The position numbers and the translations under genes are program-made. A stretch of 64,000 nt of DNA from a virus. Numbering within the stretch: position 1 is the stretch's first letter; each line of letters begins with the position of its first letter. Below, in pieces: positions 39,509-47,586 of the stretch. The stretch lies in IMG/VR virus record IMGVR_UViG_3300027777_000023, positions 64,001 to 128,000 of that record; one strand, written 5' to 3'. The notes under the pieces were generated by a model. The model saw nothing but the letters and a program-made list of their open reading frames with translations, was not told where the DNA came from and ran no database searches.

Positions 39509-39835
39509 ATGAAAAAATTCAGAGACATCATGGTTCTTAAACAAGTCAAAGAAGTAGTCTGCCACCTCGGCCGGCCATTGGGCAAGGCGTATTCACTCGA
39601 ATATACCCCCCACGGGGTAGTGTTGAGGCGCAGTGATGACTTGGTCTGGCGCTCAGAAGAGAGCCAGATCGAGAAAGTCAAGGAAGCGCTGCAGTCACCA
39701 CAAGGTCTCAAGGTTGAGATCTTGGTGGATGGCTGCGATGAACCAGTTTACACCCCTCCCGACTGGAGTTGGTGTCAGGCGGAGCTGGAGGAGGCAGACC
39801 TTGTAGAGCTGGATCACATGCCTAGTGCATGGTGA
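39509..39835 (+). CDS. Hypothetical protein, single-gene cassette
   Basis: ATG at 39509 after the leader hairpin; terminator at 39856-39895. Confidence 0.65.
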   Translation: MKKFRDIMVLKQVKEVVCHLGRPLGKAYSLEYTPHGVVLRRSDDLVWRSEESQIEKVKEALQSPQGLKVEILVDGCDEPVYTPPDWSWCQAELEEADLVELDHMPSAW

Positions 39836-39855
39836 TAGCTCATTGCAGGGAGGCG

Positions 39856-39895
39856 GCAGTATTGGGTTCAATCCCCAGTACTGCTTTTTTTAGCT
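39856..39895 (+). terminator. Rho-independent terminator with T-tract-AGCT tail
   Basis: GCAGTATTGGG (39856-39866) / CCCAGTACTGC (39874-39884) followed by T7-AGCT. Confidence 0.85.
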
Positions 39896-39957
39896 ATCAG
39901 GTACCCCCCTCCCCTCCCCCCATGGTTAAACCAGCTATATAGTGGGATAATACTTTG

Positions 39958-40740
39958 ATGAGCAAAAAAGTGCTATCATCGATTAAGCCTGTTTGTCAGG
40001 TGACCTCCGGAGTCGAATCCGGAAAAGCAGTAGCAGTATCGGCCTTCAAAGCCGAAATGTTGGTGGCCTTGAAAAAGGTCACCAAGGTAGAGTGGGCGGG
40101 ACTCGCAGCTGGGGTCATGATGATGACGCTCATCGGGATGATGGGCTATGGGGCCGGAAAGGCCCTGGAAGAGCAGCAGAAGGCTCTCCAGAGCCTGTCA
40201 GTTAGGTTGGATGAGGCGGCTGATATAGGCGTCTCCCTGAAAGGGGAGATAGCCGCCCTGCGCCTCACGTTGGTGGCGGTGGAGACAGCTGAAGAGCTCC
40301 ACACCAGACGCGAAGAGCTCCAAACCAGACGCCTTGACGGGCTAAGTCTGATGGCAGGCGATGGGGCAAAGAAGGTCGCCGCCCTTGAAGGAGCGGTAGA
40401 CTCCAACGCCAAAAATACGGCGGTAGAGCTCGCAACCATTAGGAATGGAGTTGCGGGCGCAGCCGAAGTTGGGCGGGCAGGGCTTCTGGTAAGCAGTCAA
40501 ATGGGGTGCTTGATAGGTTCAAGCATGCTGGGCGAGAAGGTGCGGGAGGTGGCCAAGGCCATGGCTCCAATGGTGGAGCCTGTGTCTTGGTACAACCCGA
40601 CGGCGGAGGTGATAGCACCCACAGCACCCATAGCAGAGGTGCCAGCACCCATGCCAGCACCCATGGCAGAGGTGCCGCCACCTGAATCCTGGACAGCCAG
40701 GATGCGCAGTCGACTGGCGGCGACCCTTCTCGCCAAATGA
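39958..40740 (+). CDS. Membrane-anchored coiled-coil protein with Pro/Ala tail; visibly GC-richer than flanks; probably leaderless
   Basis: TM segment WAGLAAGVMMMTLIGMMGYGAG; TGG-GATAAT ends 6 nt before the ATG. Confidence 0.65.
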   Translation: MSKKVLSSIKPVCQVTSGVESGKAVAVSAFKAEMLVALKKVTKVEWAGLAAGVMMMTLIGMMGYGAGKALEEQQKALQSLSVRLDEAADIGVSLKGEIAALRLTLVAVETAEELHTRREELQTRRLDGLSLMAGDGAKKVAALEGAVDSNAKNTAVELATIRNGVAGAAEVGRAGLLVSSQMGCLIGSSMLGEKVREVAKAMAPMVEPVSWYNPTAEVIAPTAPIAEVPAPMPAPMAEVPPPESWTARMRSRLAATLLAK

Positions 40741-40753
40741 CAGCACTAGTCAT

Positions 40754-40855
40754 GATCCTACTGGTAATCGCCAGTAGGATCTTGGGCTGGATATTTGGGT
40801 TTTGAGAGATCCCCTACCACTGTAAAAGGTGGTAGGGGAAATCTTTTTTTTAGCT
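40754..40855 (+). terminator. Tandem hairpins ending in a terminator with T-tract-AGCT tail
   Basis: GATCCTACTGG/CCAGTAGGATC (40754-40781), then CCCCTACCAC/GTGGTAGGGG (40811-40838) and T8-AGCT. Confidence 0.85.
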
Positions 40856-40893
40856 GTTCACAAGTATCCCTGTAATCTATAATACTAGTTACT

Positions 40894-41961
40894 ATGAAGA
40901 AAGAAGCAAGCAACGCAGCCATATTTGAAAAGAAGATTCTAGACCTTGTAAAGAACAGAAAGATGCTCAACTTTGGAGCAAGCCATGCGCTAGCTGGTGC
41001 AGGTATGGGAGCACTAGGTGGTGGTGCAATAGGTGCACTAGAATCAATAAACGAACCCAAAGAAGAAGGAGCGCCTTCTCACTTGCTTGATAAGGTTCTA
41101 AGATATGGCACAATTGGTGCAGCTGCAGGTGGCGGACTAGGAGCAAGCCGTGGAGCTGGAATAGCTAAAAAATTAAAGAGCGAACAGCTAGGTCAAGTAA
41201 AGAACCTGTTGAGAGAAGGTATCAATCCTGAGTTGTTGCACAATACACTTCAAAGCGGTGGACATCTTGGTGATCTTCATGTGATGGACTATTTAAACAA
41301 AGCAACGGGAACACCTGATAAGCTGTATGGTGGGGCCATGAGAGCCACTGGATTTGGAGAAGGACTAGGTAGTAGCGCAATACCAGGTGAGCTAGATCAG
41401 ATAGGCTTGCATCAGGCTCAAAAGGGCCTCAATGAAGCTGATGCTTTAAAGAGAAAAGAAAGTAGACAAAAGATCTGGGAAGGTATTACCGGCGGAGTTG
41501 ATAATATGGGTGAAGGAGTGGGTGAAGGAATGCGTGCTGTGGGTAGCGGAATAGGTGCAGGACTACATAATGTGAGAGAGCATATGAGCGTGCGCAATAT
41601 TTCTAAAGAATTGAAAGAAGCTACGAAGAAACATAACGCAATTTTTAAAATATTTAAAAAGAACCCTAATGATCCATTAGCTAGACAGGCTTTTGAAGAA
41701 GCTAAAATGGAGATGGACAGTCTGGTGAGACAAAAGGCTAACATGGTAGAGCATTTTAATGCTGAATTGCCTGAAATGAGGAGCAAGGCCACAGAAAATA
41801 TCCTTAATGAGTCTAAACGCATGTCCACAGACAAGGCCGAGCTCGCAAAAAATAAATTACTTGAAAGATTGGATGCAGATATACGTGCTGCAGCTATGAG
41901 AGGCGACGCAAGAACACTTGCCGCGTTGAAAAGGCACAAAACTATGCTTCTTAAACACTAG
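40894..41961 (+). CDS. Gly-zipper-containing protein, likely virion internal/membrane-interacting
   Basis: GAGMGALGGGAIGA and GAAAGGGLGA glycine zippers; begins MKKEA (K-x-A). Confidence 0.6.
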   Translation: MKKEASNAAIFEKKILDLVKNRKMLNFGASHALAGAGMGALGGGAIGALESINEPKEEGAPSHLLDKVLRYGTIGAAAGGGLGASRGAGIAKKLKSEQLGQVKNLLREGINPELLHNTLQSGGHLGDLHVMDYLNKATGTPDKLYGGAMRATGFGEGLGSSAIPGELDQIGLHQAQKGLNEADALKRKESRQKIWEGITGGVDNMGEGVGEGMRAVGSGIGAGLHNVREHMSVRNISKELKEATKKHNAIFKIFKKNPNDPLARQAFEEAKMEMDSLVRQKANMVEHFNAELPEMRSKATENILNESKRMSTDKAELAKNKLLERLDADIRAAAMRGDARTLAALKRHKTMLLKH

Positions 41962-41966
41962 GTTTT

Positions 41967-44900
41967 ATGTTTAATTTTGTACAATTAGCTAAAAAACTAC
42001 AAAAAAACGTCAAAAAAGCAGAGAACAAAGAAAAATTAGTCACGTTTCTGCATAAATATGCGTTGGTTGTACAGAATTCAGACAAAAATCAGCCCACAAC
42101 GCAGAAACCAGACACAGTTGGAGTTGTTTCAGGTCAAACTCTAGGTGCCTTAGCGTCGCAAGTAGGTGAGTCACCAACACCAAAAGCAATGACCACACAG
42201 ATTACAGCACCAAAAGCTGTAAAGATGCCTTCTACTACGGAGAAACCTATTATGGCAGGCATTCTTGCCGAGGATCATCCAGGCGAAACACAATCAATCA
42301 ATGGCAATAGAGCTGTAGCTGGGGCTGATGCGCCCTCAAAGATGACTGCCTTCCCTAAAGTGATGGGTGAGGTAGCCGATACCGCAGCTCAGTCTACAGT
42401 GGAACTTTCTAGTCTACCCCCTGATCTTCTACACATGAGCAGGATGACTAACCCATTTGACGGAAACGCAAAATTATATGCAGGTGGCAAACTACGCTCA
42501 ACACCAACACCACCACCACAGGTTTTAACTCCTAGTCCTTCCCCAGTAAATAGCGCACAGAACCCAAGTAGACCTAAATTATCGCCAGGGTTAGAAGGAT
42601 ATGTGACTCCACAATATACTGCTAGCGGTATAGACACAGTTAAAAATGACCGTTTTGATAGTCGTTCATATATTGCTACTAGAGAATCTAACGGTGGAGA
42701 AAGCCCATATAATATGGAAAATTTTAAGGGGGTAATAACACCAAGGGCTGTTTTAAATAATACATATGGTGATCAACTAGATAAAAATGTAGCTGAGGCT
42801 AGTGCGTATAATAAGAAAAACAATCCACATAACGAAATAGAAAAAAATATAGATAAACCTGTGCATCTTTTCGAGTCTGACAAAGATGTAACCTCATATA
42901 GTCCAGCGTTTGCATCTAATTCTGCATCTCCAAGAAACGAGGGCATTATAAATATAAACCCTATAAGGAAGGATCGTGACGCATTTACATTGCAAAAAAA
43001 TCACATGGCGCAAATATCCCCAAACAATAAAAGCCTTAGTACTACGACTGATCCGGAGATGGTGCAAAATCCGTGGAATTCGTTAAGACATGAGGCAGCG
43101 CATGCAATGTATCCTGCTCAAAATCTTATACGTATGGAGGACAAAGATAGTGCATTGTCTAACAATGCACTTCGCAGCGCTCTAAATACCCAGAACCCAG
43201 AAATAGTTAAAACAATGCCTGCACATACCGAGGTCATGACTAGAGGATATTTTGCCGATGCGGGTGAAAGGGCTACAGGGATCAGTACAGCTCAGCAAGA
43301 CATGTTCAGACTTACAGGTAACAGGGCTAAAACTCCTGAACAGTTTCAGGCATTTATAAACAAATACTTAAGTTCTCCAAACATTGAAAAATCTATGCAA
43401 GAGTTGAGCCCCAACACTCGCAGATATATTAGATTTCATGTGGGTATGCCAGAAGAACAAAAGTGGAAATTCATGCAATCGGATGCGCACGTCGCCCCAG
43501 GCTTTGTACAGAACCAACAACAGCCGATGGGTCAAAAAATAGCTTCCTGTAGAAGCACTGGTGTATTCGACTGTGACGGTAATGAATACGTGAACGGTGA
43601 CGATGTTGAATTGTTAGGCAAACTAGGCTTTATTTTAGCTATTAGTGAGTATGGTAAGTTAGAAAAGACAAGTGAGGTATATGATCAGTATAGCTATATA
43701 GAAAAGATTGCAGGAATACCTAAGGCTGTGGTTAAAGCCGTAGATAAAGGTGATGCCTTCAGTGGTGAGTTCTTAAAGGATATGGATTACGACGTCCCAA
43801 AGGGTTATGAGATGAAAGGTGATCTATGTTGTCCTGTTGAGAAGAAGGCAGATGACGCGGCGCCTTCCAATACAACATGGTCTTCAGAATTATTAAATGA
43901 ACTAACGTCGAGAATAGCTAAAGACCAAAGTTTTCGATCAGGTAATGCAATATCAACCAATAACACAGTATCTGGTCAAGATATAGATAAAAGTAATATT
44001 GCTTGGCTGAAACCTCACTTAGATAAATTTGGATTACCGACAGGTCAACCAGGTAAAGATGTGGCATTACTTGTGCAGCATGCAGATTTTGATCCCGACT
44101 TTCAAGAAACTGTATTGCAGAAAATGCGCACACATAATCAAAGTAATCCTGGAAGCTACGGTGGTGAAACTGTTGCGCACTTGGATGACAGAATTAACGT
44201 TAATAGAGGACGTCCACAGATGTATGGCAGTCAAGGAGGAGAAATTTTTGAGAATGGAAAATGGACCTGGAAACCTAAAGAAATTTTTGAGTCTCACAAC
44301 CTAGAAAATCGAAGGAAAGAAATGGGGCTCATACCACATAAAGAATACACTGATCTTATAAATAAGCATTTTGTAAGCAAGTTACCTTTACCTGCACAAC
44401 AACCACCAACGCAAAATACACTCACACCAAACACAACACCAAATCTATCCACAAAGATTCAACCAACACCCATAGGAGTAAATCAAGATGTGTCGAATAT
44501 ATATGGAGCTGGTGATACTCCATATGGTGAGAAGCCTGTTAAAAATCCTTTTCCTGGAATAGCTGGGGATGTTGGTGTTAACGTTCTTGAGTTTCTTGCA
44601 GCTAGGGGAGCCCGCAGAGCTCAGAATAATAATATAGAAGCCGCTTTGAGTAAAGGTGTGCTTGGTGGTCCCTATGGGCCTCCTGTACCTCCAGGATCTG
44701 GTGGTACGCCAATTCCTGGATCATCTTTAATAGGTAAAGCTCGAATGTGGGGAAATGTCGCTAATGGTGTACCTCTGTTTGGTGCAGGAACTCAGTTACA
44801 GGGAGCAAACGATAGACGTAAAGATGGAGATTATACTGGAATGCTTATAGATGGTGTTGGAGCACTAGGTAGTGCCGCACAGCTTCATCCTTTGACTAAA

Positions 44901-45401
44901 GGTATAGGACTAGGGGTTAGCACAGCTAGCACTGGCGTGAACATAGCTAGAGACGTGCATAGATATAATAACCGGCCTGTAGAGTTTAGTAGAAATCCTG
45001 AGAATGTAAAACTTAACGCTCCAGAAAATCCTGTACAGATTCCTCAAACACTAGCTAAAGCTGGGAATGTAAGCAAAGAAGCTAAAGGCAGATGCTGGGA
45101 AGGCTATAAGCCTGTTAAAGGTAAAAAGCCTTATAGTGCGGATAGCTGTGAGCCGGTAGCTAAAGAAATAGAGAAAGAGGCAGGTATGCCAGATTGGTTA
45201 AGAAGAGCTATACGCAATAACGATAAATCTACGTTGAGTAGTGCAGGTAAGGCCGGGGCAAGAGCACGAGCAAAGAATCTGGCAGCTAAGAAAAGTAAAG
45301 ATGAATTAAGACGCATGCTTGATATGGGTGCTGAAGCGGTGCCCAAGATTATTCATCCACCTAGCGCATATAATGTACAACCTCCCTTGCCAGGGATCTA
45401 G
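41967..45401 (+). CDS. 1144-aa modular protein: HExxH module, DUF6624-like domain, Gly-zipper, CWEGY motif
   Basis: RHEAAH (43089-43103); DQSFR..LLVQHAD..AHLDDRINVNRGRPQMYGSQ..RRKEMGL (~43880-44370); GRCWEGYKPVKGKKPYSADSC; modules separated by K-x-A motifs. Confidence 0.7.
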   Translation: MFNFVQLAKKLQKNVKKAENKEKLVTFLHKYALVVQNSDKNQPTTQKPDTVGVVSGQTLGALASQVGESPTPKAMTTQITAPKAVKMPSTTEKPIMAGILAEDHPGETQSINGNRAVAGADAPSKMTAFPKVMGEVADTAAQSTVELSSLPPDLLHMSRMTNPFDGNAKLYAGGKLRSTPTPPPQVLTPSPSPVNSAQNPSRPKLSPGLEGYVTPQYTASGIDTVKNDRFDSRSYIATRESNGGESPYNMENFKGVITPRAVLNNTYGDQLDKNVAEASAYNKKNNPHNEIEKNIDKPVHLFESDKDVTSYSPAFASNSASPRNEGIININPIRKDRDAFTLQKNHMAQISPNNKSLSTTTDPEMVQNPWNSLRHEAAHAMYPAQNLIRMEDKDSALSNNALRSALNTQNPEIVKTMPAHTEVMTRGYFADAGERATGISTAQQDMFRLTGNRAKTPEQFQAFINKYLSSPNIEKSMQELSPNTRRYIRFHVGMPEEQKWKFMQSDAHVAPGFVQNQQQPMGQKIASCRSTGVFDCDGNEYVNGDDVELLGKLGFILAISEYGKLEKTSEVYDQYSYIEKIAGIPKAVVKAVDKGDAFSGEFLKDMDYDVPKGYEMKGDLCCPVEKKADDAAPSNTTWSSELLNELTSRIAKDQSFRSGNAISTNNTVSGQDIDKSNIAWLKPHLDKFGLPTGQPGKDVALLVQHADFDPDFQETVLQKMRTHNQSNPGSYGGETVAHLDDRINVNRGRPQMYGSQGGEIFENGKWTWKPKEIFESHNLENRRKEMGLIPHKEYTDLINKHFVSKLPLPAQQPPTQNTLTPNTTPNLSTKIQPTPIGVNQDVSNIYGAGDTPYGEKPVKNPFPGIAGDVGVNVLEFLAARGARRAQNNNIEAALSKGVLGGPYGPPVPPGSGGTPIPGSSLIGKARMWGNVANGVPLFGAGTQLQGANDRRKDGDYTGMLIDGVGALGSAAQLHPLTKGIGLGVSTASTGVNIARDVHRYNNRPVEFSRNPENVKLNAPENPVQIPQTLAKAGNVSKEAKGRCWEGYKPVKGKKPYSADSCEPVAKEIEKEAGMPDWLRRAIRNNDKSTLSSAGKAGARARAKNLAAKKSKDELRRMLDMGAEAVPKIIHPPSAYNVQPPLPGI

Positions 45402-45480
45402 TACCCCCCCCCACCCATATAAATAGTGATCTAGATGGTATAATACTTTGAATCAGCGGCCAGTAACTGCTGATAGTTTT
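45400..45480 (+). repeat. C-tract/promoter cassette, copy 4
   Basis: GTAC-C9 ... TATAAATAG (45418-45426)-N9-TGGTATAAT (45436-45444) plus the leader identical to copy 2. Confidence 0.9.
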
Positions 45481-45492
45481 AGTTTATTTATT

Positions 45493-45708
45493 ATGATCCA
45501 GGAGCTTTTGGTAGAAATGTTGAAAGAAAGAGACAAACTGACCTATCTGGGAGCTAAATTGGCGCCCGAAAGGCAGACGCACTACAGAAGAGAAGCTGAT
45601 AGGCTTTTTAGGGTGCTGGGGGCGTGCAACCCCTTTACAGTTGACCCGAAGAAAGAGCTCCTTGCCTACAACGAGCTCATGGAAAAGGTCAGTGAAGCTG
45701 ACTTGTAG
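45493..45708 (+). CDS. Small hypothetical protein, single-gene cassette
   Basis: ATG at 45493 after the cassette leader; terminator at ~45713-45755 ending T7-AGCT. Confidence 0.6.
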   Translation: MIQELLVEMLKERDKLTYLGAKLAPERQTHYRREADRLFRVLGACNPFTVDPKKELLAYNELMEKVSEADL

Positions 45709-45790
45709 TTCAAAAGCGTGTTCCCTTTGAGGGAAGTAAACCGCTTTTTTTAGCTATCAGAGATCGGTAGAATAAAGTATAATATTATCC

Positions 45791-46132
45791 ATGGATAACA
45801 ACACGCTGAAAGAGTTTGGCATCGACGTGGGCCTACTAGTTAGTGGGTTGTTTGGCGCTATACTGCTTACAAGTAAAGGTAGTGCTATGAATCTTACTCG
45901 TACGATTAGCAGTCTTGTTGGTGGGGCAGCTAGCGCTAACTATATCACACCTATTGTAGTTACTGTAACAAAGCTCGACGATTCGCGCTATCATTACGGC
46001 ATAGCTTTCCTACTAGGTTTTCTTGGTTTAAAAGGTATTGAGTATTTCAGTCGTAAAATACTTCCTGATGAAGCACCGCCTGAGGTTGTGCCCGCCAAAC
46101 CAAAAAGAATTCTAAAAAAGAGAACAACATGA
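45791..46132 (+). CDS. Three-TM membrane protein (holin-like), leaderless
   Basis: Hydrophobic helices GLLVSGLFGAILL, LVGGAASANYITP, YGIAFLLGFLGL; TATAAT lies 7 nt before the ATG. Confidence 0.65.
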   Translation: MDNNTLKEFGIDVGLLVSGLFGAILLTSKGSAMNLTRTISSLVGGAASANYITPIVVTVTKLDDSRYHYGIAFLLGFLGLKGIEYFSRKILPDEAPPEVVPAKPKRILKKRTT

Positions 46133-46500
46133 TCTCCCCACAACTTGTAGCCATTAACGCAATTGCTAACTGCACCACAGCCATATCAGCTTTGGGTTTA
46201 CTCATTCATATATTCGGAGATCCAGATAATGAGATCTGGAACAATAGAATCAAGGCATGGCTGGCCAAGGCAGGTTTAAGTATTATGACGTGTGGAGCAG
46301 TAAGTAATGCTATAACTTTATCTGATCCACCACCCACAGAAATTATATTAAATTGTGGCATAGCTATAACATTGTTTTGGTTGAGTTGGTGGCAGTGGGA
46401 GTTGTTCAAATCAATGCAGCAAAAGTTCAAGCAGGTTGAAAAGAAGGTTCCAGTTAAAAAGCCTCGCAAGAAAAAACCAAAAGTAAAGCCAGCTGTATGA
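46129..46500 (+). CDS. Three-TM membrane protein with basic C-tail (holin-like)
   Basis: Three hydrophobic segments and a KKPRKKKPK tail. Confidence 0.6.
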   Translation: MISPQLVAINAIANCTTAISALGLLIHIFGDPDNEIWNNRIKAWLAKAGLSIMTCGAVSNAITLSDPPPTEIILNCGIAITLFWLSWWQWELFKSMQQKFKQVEKKVPVKKPRKKKPKVKPAV

Positions 46501-47549
46501 CACCAGACAAACTAAAGTTCGGATGCCCTCGAGCTCCAGAGGATCCAAGAGATCATCTATACAAAGCATCTGCGGTATCGTCGTCTTTAGCAGCAAATAT
46601 AGATTTAAGGCCGTTTTGCCCACCCATCAGAAACCAGGGCGACCTTGGCGCATGCACAGCTTTTGGTGCAACAGCTCTTGTAGACTTTGTGCGTAAGAAG
46701 CAGGGATTAACTGTATGGACACCCAGTCCATTGTTCACATATTATAGTACAAGACTAATGGAGGGAACTGTGGATTCTGATAGTGGTGCATATGTTCGTG
46801 ATGCTTTAAAGTCTACTGTAAACGATGGGGTAGCCCTTGAACGTGAATGGCCCTATCTCATTGATAAATTTAACGTTCGGCCTAGTGAGGATGTGTGGGC
46901 TAATGCGACAAAGCATCAGACGTTAGAATATTTAAAACTTAATGATACAGATAAAGCTGCAGTACTGGGCTGTCTTAACGATGGTTATCCTTTTATATTT
47001 GGAATACGATTATACACATCGTTTACAAACAGTCTTGATACAATGTTTGGCGGCAGTGTGCATGAACCCAACAGAGCTAAAGAAAAGCTTTTAGGTGGGC
47101 ATTGCATGATGTGTGTTGGGTATCAGAAACGAGATGATGAGAGTGAGTATGCTATTGTTATGAATAGCTGGGGCAGTGGTTGGGGAGATGCCGGTTACTG
47201 CTATATTCCATTAAATTATTTATTGAGCTCCGATAGCTATGACTTTTGGACAGTTAGAACGGTCGAAGTATGTGATGAGGATATTGCTGATCCCGTTGCA
47301 CCAGCACCAGCTCCAATTCCAGTACCTGAACCACCAGCACCAGAGCCAGAACCTGTGCCTCCCACTCCAGAGCCACCTGCTCCTATTGTTCCACCTGCTC
47401 CACCAGTTCCTGAGCCGGTTCCTGTTGTCCCTATTGTTCCTGATGTACCTTCGGATATTGTTGATGTGCAAAAGCAAATGGATCGCAATACAGTGATAGC
47501 TGTTTTATTGTTTGTGATAGTGTTGACATTGTTCTTTCTTATCAAGTAA
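46497..47549 (+). CDS. Papain-family (C1A) cysteine protease with Pro-rich linker and C-terminal TM anchor
   Basis: IRNQGDLGACTAF (Q, C), LGGHCMMCVGY (H), IVMNSWGSGWGDAGY (N); PAPEPEP linker; VIAVLLFVIVLTLFFLIK end. Confidence 0.92.
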   Translation: MTPDKLKFGCPRAPEDPRDHLYKASAVSSSLAANIDLRPFCPPIRNQGDLGACTAFGATALVDFVRKKQGLTVWTPSPLFTYYSTRLMEGTVDSDSGAYVRDALKSTVNDGVALEREWPYLIDKFNVRPSEDVWANATKHQTLEYLKLNDTDKAAVLGCLNDGYPFIFGIRLYTSFTNSLDTMFGGSVHEPNRAKEKLLGGHCMMCVGYQKRDDESEYAIVMNSWGSGWGDAGYCYIPLNYLLSSDSYDFWTVRTVEVCDEDIADPVAPAPAPIPVPEPPAPEPEPVPPTPEPPAPIVPPAPPVPEPVPVVPIVPDVPSDIVDVQKQMDRNTVIAVLLFVIVLTLFFLIK

Positions 47550-47586
47550 ACTGTAGAGTAAGTTCGTTAACCCCAAAAATAAAAAT

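Noticed and set aside
39856-39884. tRNA fragment (GGTTCAATCCC T-loop-like)
   Set aside because: It is a single hairpin followed by a T-tract with no D or anticodon arm, so it is treated as a terminator.
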